Source of the DNA: Candidatus Omnitrophota bacterium
GTDB taxonomy: Bacteria; Omnitrophota; Gorgyraeia; Gygaellales; Profunditerraquicolaceae
Direction: 5' to 3'
Length of the DNA stretch: 64,000 nt
Assembly: GCA_025453395.1 (NCBI GenBank)
Contig: JALOQK010000001.1
Location: forward strand, 74,244 to 138,243
The notes under the pieces are model-generated. The model ran no database searches and was not told where the DNA came from. It saw only the letters and a list, made by a program, of their open reading frames with translations. Shown piece by piece: positions 1 to 8,637 of this stretch (positions are counted from its first letter, which is position 1; every line of letters starts with the position of its first letter). The translations under genes were made by a program, and so were the position numbers.

Positions 1-70
1 CGTAAATTCTGTTCCAGAATTTACTTCGCACGCTTCGGGATAATTAAATTTTCCCGTAGGGAAAATTTAA

Positions 71-141
71 TTGGGACGCATGGATTCGAACCATGATAGC
101 CAGACCCAAATTCTGGAGTCCTACCATTGGACGACATCCCA
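71..141 (-). tRNA. tRNA-Gln (anticodon UUG)
   Basis: Reverse complement folds as a cloverleaf: acceptor TGGGATG/CGTCCCA (one G-U), D-loop with AATGGTAGGAC, anticodon stem CCAGA/TCTGG with loop ATTTGGG (UUG), T-arm CATGG-TTCGAAT-CCATG, discriminator A. No encoded CCA. Confidence 0.85.
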
Positions 142-155
142 GAGCTGTTGTCAAT

Positions 156-551
156 TTAAACTGCCGCGCCCCTTAGTTTCTCCTGCTCGTAGGCATCCAG
201 GATCCTTTTCTGCACATATTCCCGGAAGGCTTGCGTGATCGGATGGGCAATATCTTTCTGATCGCTTTGAGAATTCGCCGGCTGCTCCTGCGAAACTACC
301 GGTTGAACAACAACCGGCAACTGCGCGCCGCACTGATTACAATATTTACTGCGCACTTCATTCTTAAAATTGCATTTAGGGCAAGGCTGTTTAACTTTCC
401 TGGAGGGCATAGCGATAAACAACCCCTTAGTGCCTTCAATGACTTTAATATTTCTGACCACAAAGGCGTTGTCAAAGGTAAGCGTAGCGTATGCCTTTAG
501 TTTTTTGTCCGGAGAATCTTTCAAAAAAACCCTGACCTCGGTAATTTCCAT
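156..551 (-). CDS. spoVG: SpoVG-family protein with an inserted CxxC-x10-CxxC zinc ribbon
   Basis: N-terminus MEITEVRVFLKD...KLKAYATLTFDNAFVVRNIKVIEG..GLFIAMPSRK and the later DIAHPI motif match canonical SpoVG. Between them sits PCPKCNFKNEVRSKYCNQCG where SpoVG normally has about 8 residues (TPDGEFR). Confidence 0.8.
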   Translation of the reverse strand: MEITEVRVFLKDSPDKKLKAYATLTFDNAFVVRNIKVIEGTKGLFIAMPSRKVKQPCPKCNFKNEVRSKYCNQCGAQLPVVVQPVVSQEQPANSQSDQKDIAHPITQAFREYVQKRILDAYEQEKLRGAAV

Positions 552-584
552 GGCCCTCCCCCTCCCATTTGCTGCTTTTTACGC

Positions 585-1457
585 TTAAACTGTTTCCGCT
601 GTAAACACGCTTGACTCCAGCTGTGCCTTAAGCAGCTTTGCCCAAGCTTTTGCTTCTCTCTTTGAAGAAGCAATCGCAAAGACTGTCGGGCCGCTGCCCG
701 ACATTAATAACATATCCATCCCCAAAAGCCTCATTTTCTCTTTAAGAAAACGCACTTTTGGGTACAGTTTAAAAGTAACCGGCTCTAAGCCGTTAAAAAG
801 CAACTTTTTTAAAGAGGACTTATCTTTATCCCTTTTAATCAGGGTAATTAGTCTATCATCATATCGCGGCATTGTCAATCCTGAAAGTTGGCTCCAATTA
901 CGGTAAATAACTCTGGTGGAAACCGCTATTTTGGGCACTACAATCACAAGGTAAAGCTTAAAATGCTTCAGGGCGCGGATAGGCGCTATAATCTGCCCTC
1001 TTCCTTCTGCTTTAGCAAAAGAACAATCGTAAATAAAGAAAGCTACGTCACTGCCTAATAAAGAGGCCAAAAAAACAAGCTGCTTTTTAGCTAAACCTAA
1101 TTTCCAGAGCCGGTTTAGCCCCATCAAAACACCAGCAGCGTTACTGGAGCCTCCGGCCATACCGCTTGAAACCGGGATATTTTTCTTAATGATAATATCC
1201 ACGCCTTTTTTTATTTTATATCTATCTTTTAGAAGTTTAGCGCTTTTAAAAGCAAGGTTGGCATGGTCTTTGGGGATTTCCCGGGAAGAAGTAATAATCT
1301 TTATCTTATCATCAGAACGGGTTTTAAGGGTGATCCTATCCGCCAGGCTTATCCTATGGAAAATAGTTGATATATCATGAAAGCCGTCCGGGCGTTTGCG
1401 CAGGATATTAAGATGGAGGTTGACTTTGGCGTGGGAATCAAAAGATATTCTAGCCAT
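585..1457 (-). CDS. ispE: 4-diphosphocytidyl-2-C-methyl-D-erythritol kinase
   Basis: GHMP kinase motifs (VPVSSGMAGGSSNAAGVL) and an N-terminus (ISFDSHAKVNLHLNIL) typical of IspE. Confidence 0.85.
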   Translation of the reverse strand: MARISFDSHAKVNLHLNILRKRPDGFHDISTIFHRISLADRITLKTRSDDKIKIITSSREIPKDHANLAFKSAKLLKDRYKIKKGVDIIIKKNIPVSSGMAGGSSNAAGVLMGLNRLWKLGLAKKQLVFLASLLGSDVAFFIYDCSFAKAEGRGQIIAPIRALKHFKLYLVIVVPKIAVSTRVIYRNWSQLSGLTMPRYDDRLITLIKRDKDKSSLKKLLFNGLEPVTFKLYPKVRFLKEKMRLLGMDMLLMSGSGPTVFAIASSKREAKAWAKLLKAQLESSVFTAETV

Positions 1458-1469
1458 GGGGAGAGGATG

Positions 1470-2396
1470 CTACTTAACTATGCTAAAAACTGCTTTTTCT
1501 ATATCAAAGCTGGTCAGGTTATATTCTTTCAACAGGTCTTGAGGCTCACCCGACTGTCCATACCTATTCTTAATGCCTAAACGCAATACCTTGACCGGAT
1601 GATTTTCCGCGACCACTTCATCAACCGCCGAAGCTAAACCTCCAACGGTAGCATGCTCCTCGCAAACTACAATGCCTTTAGTCTCTTTGGCAGCGCTAAT
1701 AACCGCATCCTGATCTATAGGGCGGATAGTATGCATATTAAGGACTCTTGCGTTTATCCCTTTTCCTGATAATAATTCAGCGGCAACTATCGCCTCATAA
1801 ACCATAACCCCGCAGGCGATAATGGTGATATCATCACCCTGCCTTAAAACCTGCGCCTTGCCGAATTGAAATTCAGGCTTATTCTCAATAGTAGTAAACT
1901 TTGGCCTGCCCAGGCGCACATAAAACGGGCCGTTTATTTTAGAACACGCGATAATCGCTTCGCGAGTCTGCGGCCCATCACAAGGCACGATAATATTCAT
2001 ATTGGAGATAACCCGCATCAAAGCTATATCTTCGATGGCCTGATGGCTTGAACCGTCGGGGCCGACAGTAATCCCAGCGTGGGTGGCAACGATCTTAACA
2101 TCGCAATTATTATAACTTACGGTATTTCTTACCTGATCCCAGGCCCTGCCCGAAGCAAAAATAGCGAAAGTGGAAACAAATACTTTCTTGCCGCAACTTG
2201 CCATGCCGGCGGCAGAGGCCATCATATTCTGTTCGGCAACCCCAAAATTAAAAAACCTCTCGGGAAACTGCTTAGCAAAAACGCTTGTACGGGTTGAGCC
2301 GGAAAGATCAGCGTCAAAAACAACCACATTGGAATTTTGCTTTCCTAATTCCACCAAGGTATTCCCATAAACATCACGTTGATATAAAGCGCTCAT
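1470..2396 (-). CDS. tkt: transketolase, C-terminal (pyrimidine-binding) subunit
   Basis: Transketolase C-terminal half motifs (FNFGVAEQNM, THAGITVGPDGSSHQ); split-gene arrangement with the upstream N-terminal subunit. Confidence 0.85.
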   Translation of the reverse strand: MSALYQRDVYGNTLVELGKQNSNVVVFDADLSGSTRTSVFAKQFPERFFNFGVAEQNMMASAAGMASCGKKVFVSTFAIFASGRAWDQVRNTVSYNNCDVKIVATHAGITVGPDGSSHQAIEDIALMRVISNMNIIVPCDGPQTREAIIACSKINGPFYVRLGRPKFTTIENKPEFQFGKAQVLRQGDDITIIACGVMVYEAIVAAELLSGKGINARVLNMHTIRPIDQDAVISAAKETKGIVVCEEHATVGGLASAVDEVVAENHPVKVLRLGIKNRYGQSGEPQDLLKEYNLTSFDIEKAVFSIVK

Positions 2397-2442
2397 TTTT
2401 TATGCTTTTTCTTTTTACCTTTTTACTTTTGACTTTTTACTT

Positions 2443-3264
2443 TTACTTGAGTTCCTCAAGTGCCTGCGTTGTTTCTTCCTTAGTCGGGGCGCGGCCGTGA
2501 AAATCACAAGAATTCTCCATAAAAGAAACCCCCTTGCCTTTTACGGTGCGCCCGATAATAATTGAAGGCTTACCCTTAAAGCCTTTTGCTTTTTCATAAG
2601 CCTCTAATATTTGACGCATATTGTGTCCATCAATATTAATCACATTCCAACCAAATGCCTGCCACTTATCCGCTAAAGGCTCCAGATTCATTATCTCACA
2701 GGTGCGCCCGTCAATCTGAAGCCCATTATAATCCAAGATTGCGCAAAGATTATCAACCTTGTAATGAGCGCATGCCATAGCCGCTTCCCAAATATTTCCT
2801 TCTTGGGTTTCTCCGTCGCCTAAGAGCACATAAACCCGGTAATCTTTTTTATCAAGCCTGCCAGCTAAACTCATCCCTAAAGCTACAGATAATCCCTGGC
2901 CCAAAGAACCAGAGGCTACTTCTACCCCGGGGGTCCTTTTATCCGGATGCCCTTGAAGCATAGAGCCTAACTGGCGCAAGGTAAATAATTTATCCTCGGG
3001 GAAAAAACCTCTTTTTGCCAATACCGCGTACAGCAAAGGGCAACAATGCCCTTTAGATAAATGAAACCTATCCCTATCCGGATAATGCGGCTCTTTAGGG
3101 CGGTTGTTTAAGACATGAAAAAATAAAGCTGTAACCATGTCCGCGGAAGAAAGGCTGCCTCCCGGATGCCCGGAACCGGCTTTAGCTATCATCTGGACAA
3201 TTAAGCGGCGGATTTCTTTGGCTTGTAACTCTAAATCCTTTATGGTCTTATCATCAAAAGGCAT
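2443..3264 (-). CDS. tkt: transketolase, N-terminal (TPP-binding) subunit
   Basis: GHPGGSLS, LLGDGE and NIWEA motifs of the transketolase TPP-binding domain; 273 aa, adjacent to the C-terminal subunit. Confidence 0.85.
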   Translation of the reverse strand: MPFDDKTIKDLELQAKEIRRLIVQMIAKAGSGHPGGSLSSADMVTALFFHVLNNRPKEPHYPDRDRFHLSKGHCCPLLYAVLAKRGFFPEDKLFTLRQLGSMLQGHPDKRTPGVEVASGSLGQGLSVALGMSLAGRLDKKDYRVYVLLGDGETQEGNIWEAAMACAHYKVDNLCAILDYNGLQIDGRTCEIMNLEPLADKWQAFGWNVINIDGHNMRQILEAYEKAKGFKGKPSIIIGRTVKGKGVSFMENSCDFHGRAPTKEETTQALEELK

Positions 3265-3265
3265 A

Positions 3266-4228
3266 TTATTTCTCTAATCCTTCTATTTTCTCTTTGACCG
3301 CCTGCTGTTTGGGATCCATCTTAAGAGATTTCTCCCAATTCTCTTTCGCGTTTACCTTGTCGCCTAAAACAAGATACAGATCACCCAGATGCAGGTAGAT
3401 TTCCGGGTCTTCTAAAGATGAGGCGGCCTTTTCTAAAAGCTTTTTCGCGTCTTCGTATTTTTTCTGCTTAAAATAAACCCAACCCAAACTATCAATATAG
3501 GCAGGATTATCCGGTTCAAATTCCAACGCTTTTTTTATTATTATTTCGGCTTGATCTAAGTTCTTTCCAGCCTGAGCATACATATACCCCAAAAAATTAA
3601 GCGCCTGATGAAAATCAGCTTTTATCTCTATGGCTTTTTTTAAAGAGCCTTCAGCCTTTTCAAATAAAGCTTGGCTGTAATACGCATCGGCTAACTGCAA
3701 ATAAATTAACGGCTGGTTGGGAAAGATTTTAAGCATTTCCTGGCATAAACTTTCCGCTTCTTTGTATCTGCCTTGGCGCGCGTAGAGGCTGGCCAAAACT
3801 TCTTGGATCTTTAAATTATCCGGTTGCAGCACTGAAGCGTTCTTAAGGGCCCTTTCATAGGACTTATCGGATTTTATCTTATCGTCTTTCAGGCCGTAAA
3901 GCACAGCGCAGACGAAATTTGCCTCTACAGAATCAGGCTGCAACTTTGAAACAACCTCAAGATGAACAATAGCTTTATCTATCTGGTTATTCTTAATATA
4001 TATGGCAGCTGAATTTAAATGAGCCAGGCTATTATCAGGGTCAAATTTAAGGGATTTTTCGTATTCAGCCAAGGCCTGGGTATCTTTATCAAGGTTTGAA
4101 TAATAAGAACCCATGATAAAATGGGACAGCGCTTCCGGAAACCCCCTATCGGAAGCAAAAACAGCTGACGCGCAAAATAATAGAAAAACAAAGAAAGGGC
4201 ATGCTTTTCTTTTTAAAAAAACAAACAT
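3266..4228 (-). CDS. TPR-repeat protein with signal peptide
   Basis: Hydrophobic N-terminus followed by multiple 34-aa TPR-like repeats (AxxYxxxGxY patterns). Confidence 0.6.
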   Translation of the reverse strand: MFVFLKRKACPFFVFLLFCASAVFASDRGFPEALSHFIMGSYYSNLDKDTQALAEYEKSLKFDPDNSLAHLNSAAIYIKNNQIDKAIVHLEVVSKLQPDSVEANFVCAVLYGLKDDKIKSDKSYERALKNASVLQPDNLKIQEVLASLYARQGRYKEAESLCQEMLKIFPNQPLIYLQLADAYYSQALFEKAEGSLKKAIEIKADFHQALNFLGYMYAQAGKNLDQAEIIIKKALEFEPDNPAYIDSLGWVYFKQKKYEDAKKLLEKAASSLEDPEIYLHLGDLYLVLGDKVNAKENWEKSLKMDPKQQAVKEKIEGLEK

Positions 4229-4257
4229 AATGTTTTAATGGATGCAACTGACTACTA

Positions 4258-4388
4258 AGAATGAGACTTGGGTAATGGGTAGTAAGCTTAAGATGAGGGT
4301 TAGGTTGAAGAATAATTTAAAGATTTTTCCCCACAACCCACCCACACTCTCGACCCACAACCTACATCCCACGACTCACTCTTATCCT
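4258..4388. repeat. Interspersed element family A, copy 1 (G/T-rich arm followed by C/A-rich arm)
   Basis: gggtaatgggtagtaag...gagggttaggttg...ccccacaacccacccacactctcgacccacaacctacatccc; near-copies at 53286-53405 (same orientation) and 5755-5885 (inverted). Confidence 0.7.
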
Positions 4389-4535
4389 AAAAAGTTACCT
4401 TAGCTGATAAAGGCTAACCCCAGCTTCTCTTCTTCAGGTGGCGAAGACGGCGGCGCATCTTTTTTCTTTTATGCGTGCGTATCTTCTGTCTTTTTCTTTT
4501 TCTGCCGCAAGGCATCGTTTACTCCCTTCGATCGT

Positions 4536-4712
4536 AAAACTAAAAATTAAAAAGTAAAAGCGCAAAACTATAATTTAAAACTAAAAATTAAGAAAAATGC
4601 ATAAAAAACAAAAGATAAAAGTGTAAAAGATTGTATTAACGTTTTTAGTTTCGTTTTTTTAGTTTTAAATTTTAAGCTGTAGTTTTTAATTTTGCGCTTT
4701 ACGCTTTACATT
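4536..4712. repeat. Heptamer-built AT-rich palindromic element, family B copy 1
   Basis: Left arm aaaagtaaaagcgcaaaactataatttaaaactaaaaatt mirrors right arm agtttttaattttgcgctttacgctttac; abuts the hisG stop. Confidence 0.7.
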
Positions 4713-4713
4713 T

Positions 4714-5595
4714 CTAATATATGACTTTGTTCAACGGATACTCTATAATCCCTGTAGCTCCGGCTCTTTTTAATTCCGGAATAAGCGTGCGCACAACCTT
4801 CTCGTCTATAATTGTTTCCACAGCCACCCATCCGTCTTCTGAAAGGCTGGACACTGTAGGCTTTTTTAACGCGGGCAAAACAGCAAGGATCTTTTTTATG
4901 TCATTTTTCCTTACGTTCATCTTCAGGCCCACCTTAGATTCGGCAGCAATAGCTCCTTGAAGTAAAACCGCGATTTCCTCCATCTTTTGCCTTTTCCATG
5001 GGTCTTTATACGCCTTCTTATTGGCAATAAACTGCGTGGTGGATTCGCAAATCGTATCAATTATCGCCAGCTTATTGGCCTTCAAGCTTCTTCCGGTTTC
5101 AGTCAATTCCACAATCGCATCTACCAGGCCGGAACTTACCTTTACTTCAGTAGCGCCCCAGCTAAACTCCACATCCACATTGATCTTGTTTTTCTTAAAA
5201 TACTGCTTTGTCACATTAACCAATTCTGTGGCAATGCGCTTGCCGCTTAAATCTTTTGCCGATTTAAAACCCGACGCCTCCGGAACAGCCAAAACCCACC
5301 TAACCTTGCTTAAACTCTGTTTAGCGTAAACTAAGTCCGTAACCCGGACGACATCTGAAGCATTTTCCAATATCCAGTCATTGCCGGTAATCCCGCAGTC
5401 AAGCGCCCCGTCAGCGACATAACGCGACATCTCCTGCGCGCGTAAAAGCACCGGCTCTATCTGTCCATCGTCAATAGAAGGAAAATAAGACCTCTCCGAG
5501 GGCAGATTTACATTAAACCCTGCCTTGCGGAACATCTTGAAAGTCGCCTCCTGGAGGCTGCCCTTTGGTAAACCTAATTTCAGAATTTTATCCAT
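4714..5595 (-). CDS. hisG: ATP phosphoribosyltransferase, long form
   Basis: 293 aa with the HisG catalytic region ([18 protein letters not shown]) plus a C-terminal regulatory domain. Confidence 0.8.
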   Translation of the reverse strand: MDKILKLGLPKGSLQEATFKMFRKAGFNVNLPSERSYFPSIDDGQIEPVLLRAQEMSRYVADGALDCGITGNDWILENASDVVRVTDLVYAKQSLSKVRWVLAVPEASGFKSAKDLSGKRIATELVNVTKQYFKKNKINVDVEFSWGATEVKVSSGLVDAIVELTETGRSLKANKLAIIDTICESTTQFIANKKAYKDPWKRQKMEEIAVLLQGAIAAESKVGLKMNVRKNDIKKILAVLPALKKPTVSSLSEDGWVAVETIIDEKVVRTLIPELKRAGATGIIEYPLNKVIY

Positions 5596-5754
5596 AGTAA
5601 TTTAAGCCTTTTGTTAAGTTTTACACTCGCAAAGGCTGTATTATACCTTCCGGATAAGTTTTTGTAAAGAAAATTTACCTGTTTTTATTTACAAAATGTC
5701 CCCTTTGCCTTATAATAGGAGAACACTACTTAAAATGAAATTAAACCTAAATTA

Positions 5755-5885
5755 AGTCATCCGAGAATGAGCCGTGAGTTGTGAGCCGTGAGTTTGGGGC
5801 TAGAGTGAGTTGGGAGGAATTTATATTTAAACTCATCCTTATCCTCATCCCAAACCCAATACCCATTACCCATTTCTCATCCTTA
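5755..5885. repeat. Family A element, copy 2 (inverted relative to copies 1 and 3)
   Basis: gagtgagttgggagg...cccaaacccaatacccattacccatttctcat is the reverse complement of the A1/A3 arms; sits in the divergent hisG/ppiD-like promoter region. Confidence 0.65.
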
Positions 5886-5926
5886 TAAATCAAAGAATTT
5901 ACAATTATTTTATGGAGAAAATATAA

Positions 5927-7357
5927 ATGCTCAAATTCCTTCGCGACCGCAAAAATTCAAAAAAGATCTGGATATTCTTGGCCATTGTCATAGTGATCCC
6001 CTTTGCTTTCTGGGGGGCAGGATCAGTTGTTTCTGATAAAAACTACGCCGGCTACGTTGGCACTATCTGCGGAAGAAAAATCACAAGCTCGCAATTTCAG
6101 GATTCTTATAACGCCACAGCCGCCAGGCTGCGCCTGCAATTCCCGGATCAATTCGATCAATTAAAAGACTCCCTGGACCTTGAATCCCAGGCCTGGGAGA
6201 GGCTGGTACTTATCAGCGAAGCCAAAAGGCGCAATATCAAGGTAACAGATCAAGAAGTTATAAAAGATATAACCGCCAACCCCACTTTTCAAGGGAAAAA
6301 CGGCTTTGATGATTCCGCCTACAAACATATTATAAAATATTACCTGCACAGCTCACCACGGGCATTTGAAGAACAGACCCGGGAAAGTTTAATGCTTGCC
6401 AAATTATATGATCAGGTCACCTGCGTTGTAAAATTAGACGACGAGCAATTAAAAGAAGAATACCGCAAAGCCAACGAAGAATTAAGCATCTCTTACATAA
6501 GCGCGCAATACGCAGAGCTTGAAAAGAATATCCAGGCCGATGATGAAACTTTAAAATCATACTTTCAAAACAACTCCATAAAATTCAAAGAGCCGCTGTC
6601 CTTTAATTTAGAATACGTCAAAATAGAGGCCGAGGAAAAAACAAGCCTTAAACAGAGAAGCGAAAAGATATTCCTTCTGGCGCAAAAAAATATCCCTTTA
6701 AAGAAAATAGCCCAGGAAAATAAACTTACCCTTAAGGAAACCGGCCTGTTCCCGGAAACCGGCCCCATCCCGGAAATTGGATGGGCAAAGCAGATAATCA
6801 ACGCGCTGCCTAAAATAAAGCCTGACGAATACCTGCCCCCTTACTGTAATCAACAGGCCTGTTTTTTAGCGAAAATAAAAGTAAAAATGGACCCCTATAT
6901 ACCGGAGTTTACAACCATCAAGGATAAAATAAAAATCATCTTTTCCAGAGAAAAAGCCAAAGAACAAGCTAAAGAAAGAATTGAAAAATGCCTGGCGCGC
7001 CTTAAGGAACAGCCGGATTCAGATATTTTTGAAACAACTGCCGTGGAAAACGGGCTAAAATACGCCTCCACTTCCTTTTTTAAATTCGCCAGCTACATCG
7101 AAGGCATTGGCTCATCCTCTGAATTCTGGTTAACAGCAGAAAAATTACAACCAAACAAGGCCAGCGAAATTATCTCTACCCCCACAGCGTTATTTATTAT
7201 CCGTTTAAAAGAAAAAAAGGAAGCGGATTGGAATAAATTTGAAGAAGATAAGAAAACATTCTCGGAAAAAATACTTTCCGATAAAAAAAATGAATACTTT
7301 ACCTCTTTCTTAAAAGAACTTGATAAAAAGGCCTTTTTTAAAACAAGCCAAAGCTAA
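5927..7357 (+). CDS. Periplasmic chaperone, PpiD/SurA-N-domain-like, membrane-anchored
   Basis: N-terminal signal-anchor (IWIFLAIVIVIPFAFWG), then a SurA-N-like helical region; length and organisation resemble PpiD. No clear parvulin catalytic motif seen. Confidence 0.5.
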   Translation: MLKFLRDRKNSKKIWIFLAIVIVIPFAFWGAGSVVSDKNYAGYVGTICGRKITSSQFQDSYNATAARLRLQFPDQFDQLKDSLDLESQAWERLVLISEAKRRNIKVTDQEVIKDITANPTFQGKNGFDDSAYKHIIKYYLHSSPRAFEEQTRESLMLAKLYDQVTCVVKLDDEQLKEEYRKANEELSISYISAQYAELEKNIQADDETLKSYFQNNSIKFKEPLSFNLEYVKIEAEEKTSLKQRSEKIFLLAQKNIPLKKIAQENKLTLKETGLFPETGPIPEIGWAKQIINALPKIKPDEYLPPYCNQQACFLAKIKVKMDPYIPEFTTIKDKIKIIFSREKAKEQAKERIEKCLARLKEQPDSDIFETTAVENGLKYASTSFFKFASYIEGIGSSSEFWLTAEKLQPNKASEIISTPTALFIIRLKEKKEADWNKFEEDKKTFSEKILSDKKNEYFTSFLKELDKKAFFKTSQS

Positions 7358-7368
7358 ATAAGCATAAA

Positions 7369-7911
7369 TTGCCTGTTGCCATGAATAAACTAAAGAAATC
7401 CTTAGCCAACAAAGGTATGGCCCTGGCAGAAGTGCTGGTAGCGGCATTTCTTTTAAGTGGCGCCTTTGCCGGAACAATCGCCTTTATCTCGCAATACCTG
7501 CGCGGTCTTGAACACTCCCAAAATATGACCTTGGCAATTAATGCCGCCCAGCAAAGAATTGAATCTATCTTGGGCCGCGTCAACCCCACAGCTCCAGATA
7601 CGGTAGAAGACTTTTTCAGCGATACGATAAGCGACTACACTAATAACCCTACCTTTAACGTCTATGACTCTACCGGATCCGCCATGCCAAATTTTAAAGG
7701 CACAACTTATATAAGCAGTCAAAACATCAATGACCTTACCTTTTACAGGATAAAAGCTGTGGTTTGCTGGGAGCAAGCAGGAGGGATACTTATCGGAGAA
7801 GATAAGAATTTAAACGGAGTGCTTGATTCAGGCGAAGATAAAGCCGGCGGAACAGCCAACGAACTTGATTCTCCGGTGAGCATTATTATAAATATAACTA
7901 ATATAGACTAA
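7369..7911 (+). CDS. Type IV minor pilin / pseudopilin (prepilin-type N-terminal cleavage/methylation domain)
   Basis: Leader MNKLKKSLANKG | MALAEVLVAAFLL has G(-1) and E(+5) followed by a hydrophobic helix. Confidence 0.75.
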   Translation: MPVAMNKLKKSLANKGMALAEVLVAAFLLSGAFAGTIAFISQYLRGLEHSQNMTLAINAAQQRIESILGRVNPTAPDTVEDFFSDTISDYTNNPTFNVYDSTGSAMPNFKGTTYISSQNINDLTFYRIKAVVCWEQAGGILIGEDKNLNGVLDSGEDKAGGTANELDSPVSIIINITNID

Positions 7912-7912
7912 A

Positions 7913-8554
7913 ATGCGCGCAAAAAACAAAAAAGGATTTACTCTTTTAGAATTAATGATTAGCGTAGGCATAACCGCGATTATTTCTGCGGCGATACTTA
8001 ATATCTTTAGCATAGGCCTGTCCTCATGGCAGATCGGGGAAGCAAAAATAGAAAGCCAATATCAGGCAAGAAAGGCAATGCAGGAAATAACCCAGGATTT
8101 AAGACTCAGCAATCCCGGGCATATAGACGTGCTTAATGATAGCAATACCGAGATACAAACAGGAATAGGGACAAAACTGCGTTTTCAAGTGCCTTCATAC
8201 GATAACAAAATAATCCATTTCCTGGGCGGCGATGTGGCTTTAGCCGCGATACGGCTAGATAATGACAATAACATTATCTGGGGCGCGGATAATACCAATG
8301 GTTATTTTATACAATACCAGCTGGTTACATCAGGGACGAACCATCAGTTAGCAAGGGTTATTCTTAACAGCTCCTTTACGCAGGTATCGCGCAGGGTTTT
8401 GGCGAATAATATCTTAGCCGTGGGTTTCAAAGGTATTCCCAGCGGCACCTCTAACCCGCGTTCGGTTGAGATATCCATAACCGGCAGCAATACTATTAAT
8501 ACCGGCCGGTCCGTAAGTTTTAAGCTAACATCACTGATAAATGCACGCAATTAA
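7913..8554 (+). CDS. Type IV minor pilin / pseudopilin, PilW-like
   Basis: Canonical class III signal KKG | FTLLELMISVGI; overlaps the stop of the previous pilin by 1 bp, indicating an operon. Confidence 0.8.
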   Translation: MRAKNKKGFTLLELMISVGITAIISAAILNIFSIGLSSWQIGEAKIESQYQARKAMQEITQDLRLSNPGHIDVLNDSNTEIQTGIGTKLRFQVPSYDNKIIHFLGGDVALAAIRLDNDNNIIWGADNTNGYFIQYQLVTSGTNHQLARVILNSSFTQVSRRVLANNILAVGFKGIPSGTSNPRSVEISITGSNTINTGRSVSFKLTSLINARN

Positions 8555-8637
8555 AGATGTAAATCAATTGTAAAAACTTATCATTCAGCATAGTGTTGCT
8601 TTAAAATACAGGCTATACTGTTTATTGGAGTAAAAAT

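Noticed and set aside
1-70. Possible additional tRNA upstream of tRNA-Gln
   Set aside because: Sequence 1-70 does not fold into a cloverleaf; it contains only an AT-rich inverted repeat (aaaatttaatt).
4400-4530. Possible ncRNA between family A and family B elements upstream of the TPR gene
   Set aside because: Only weak hairpins (GCGCAT...ATGCGTGC) and no recognisable conserved RNA motif; left unannotated.
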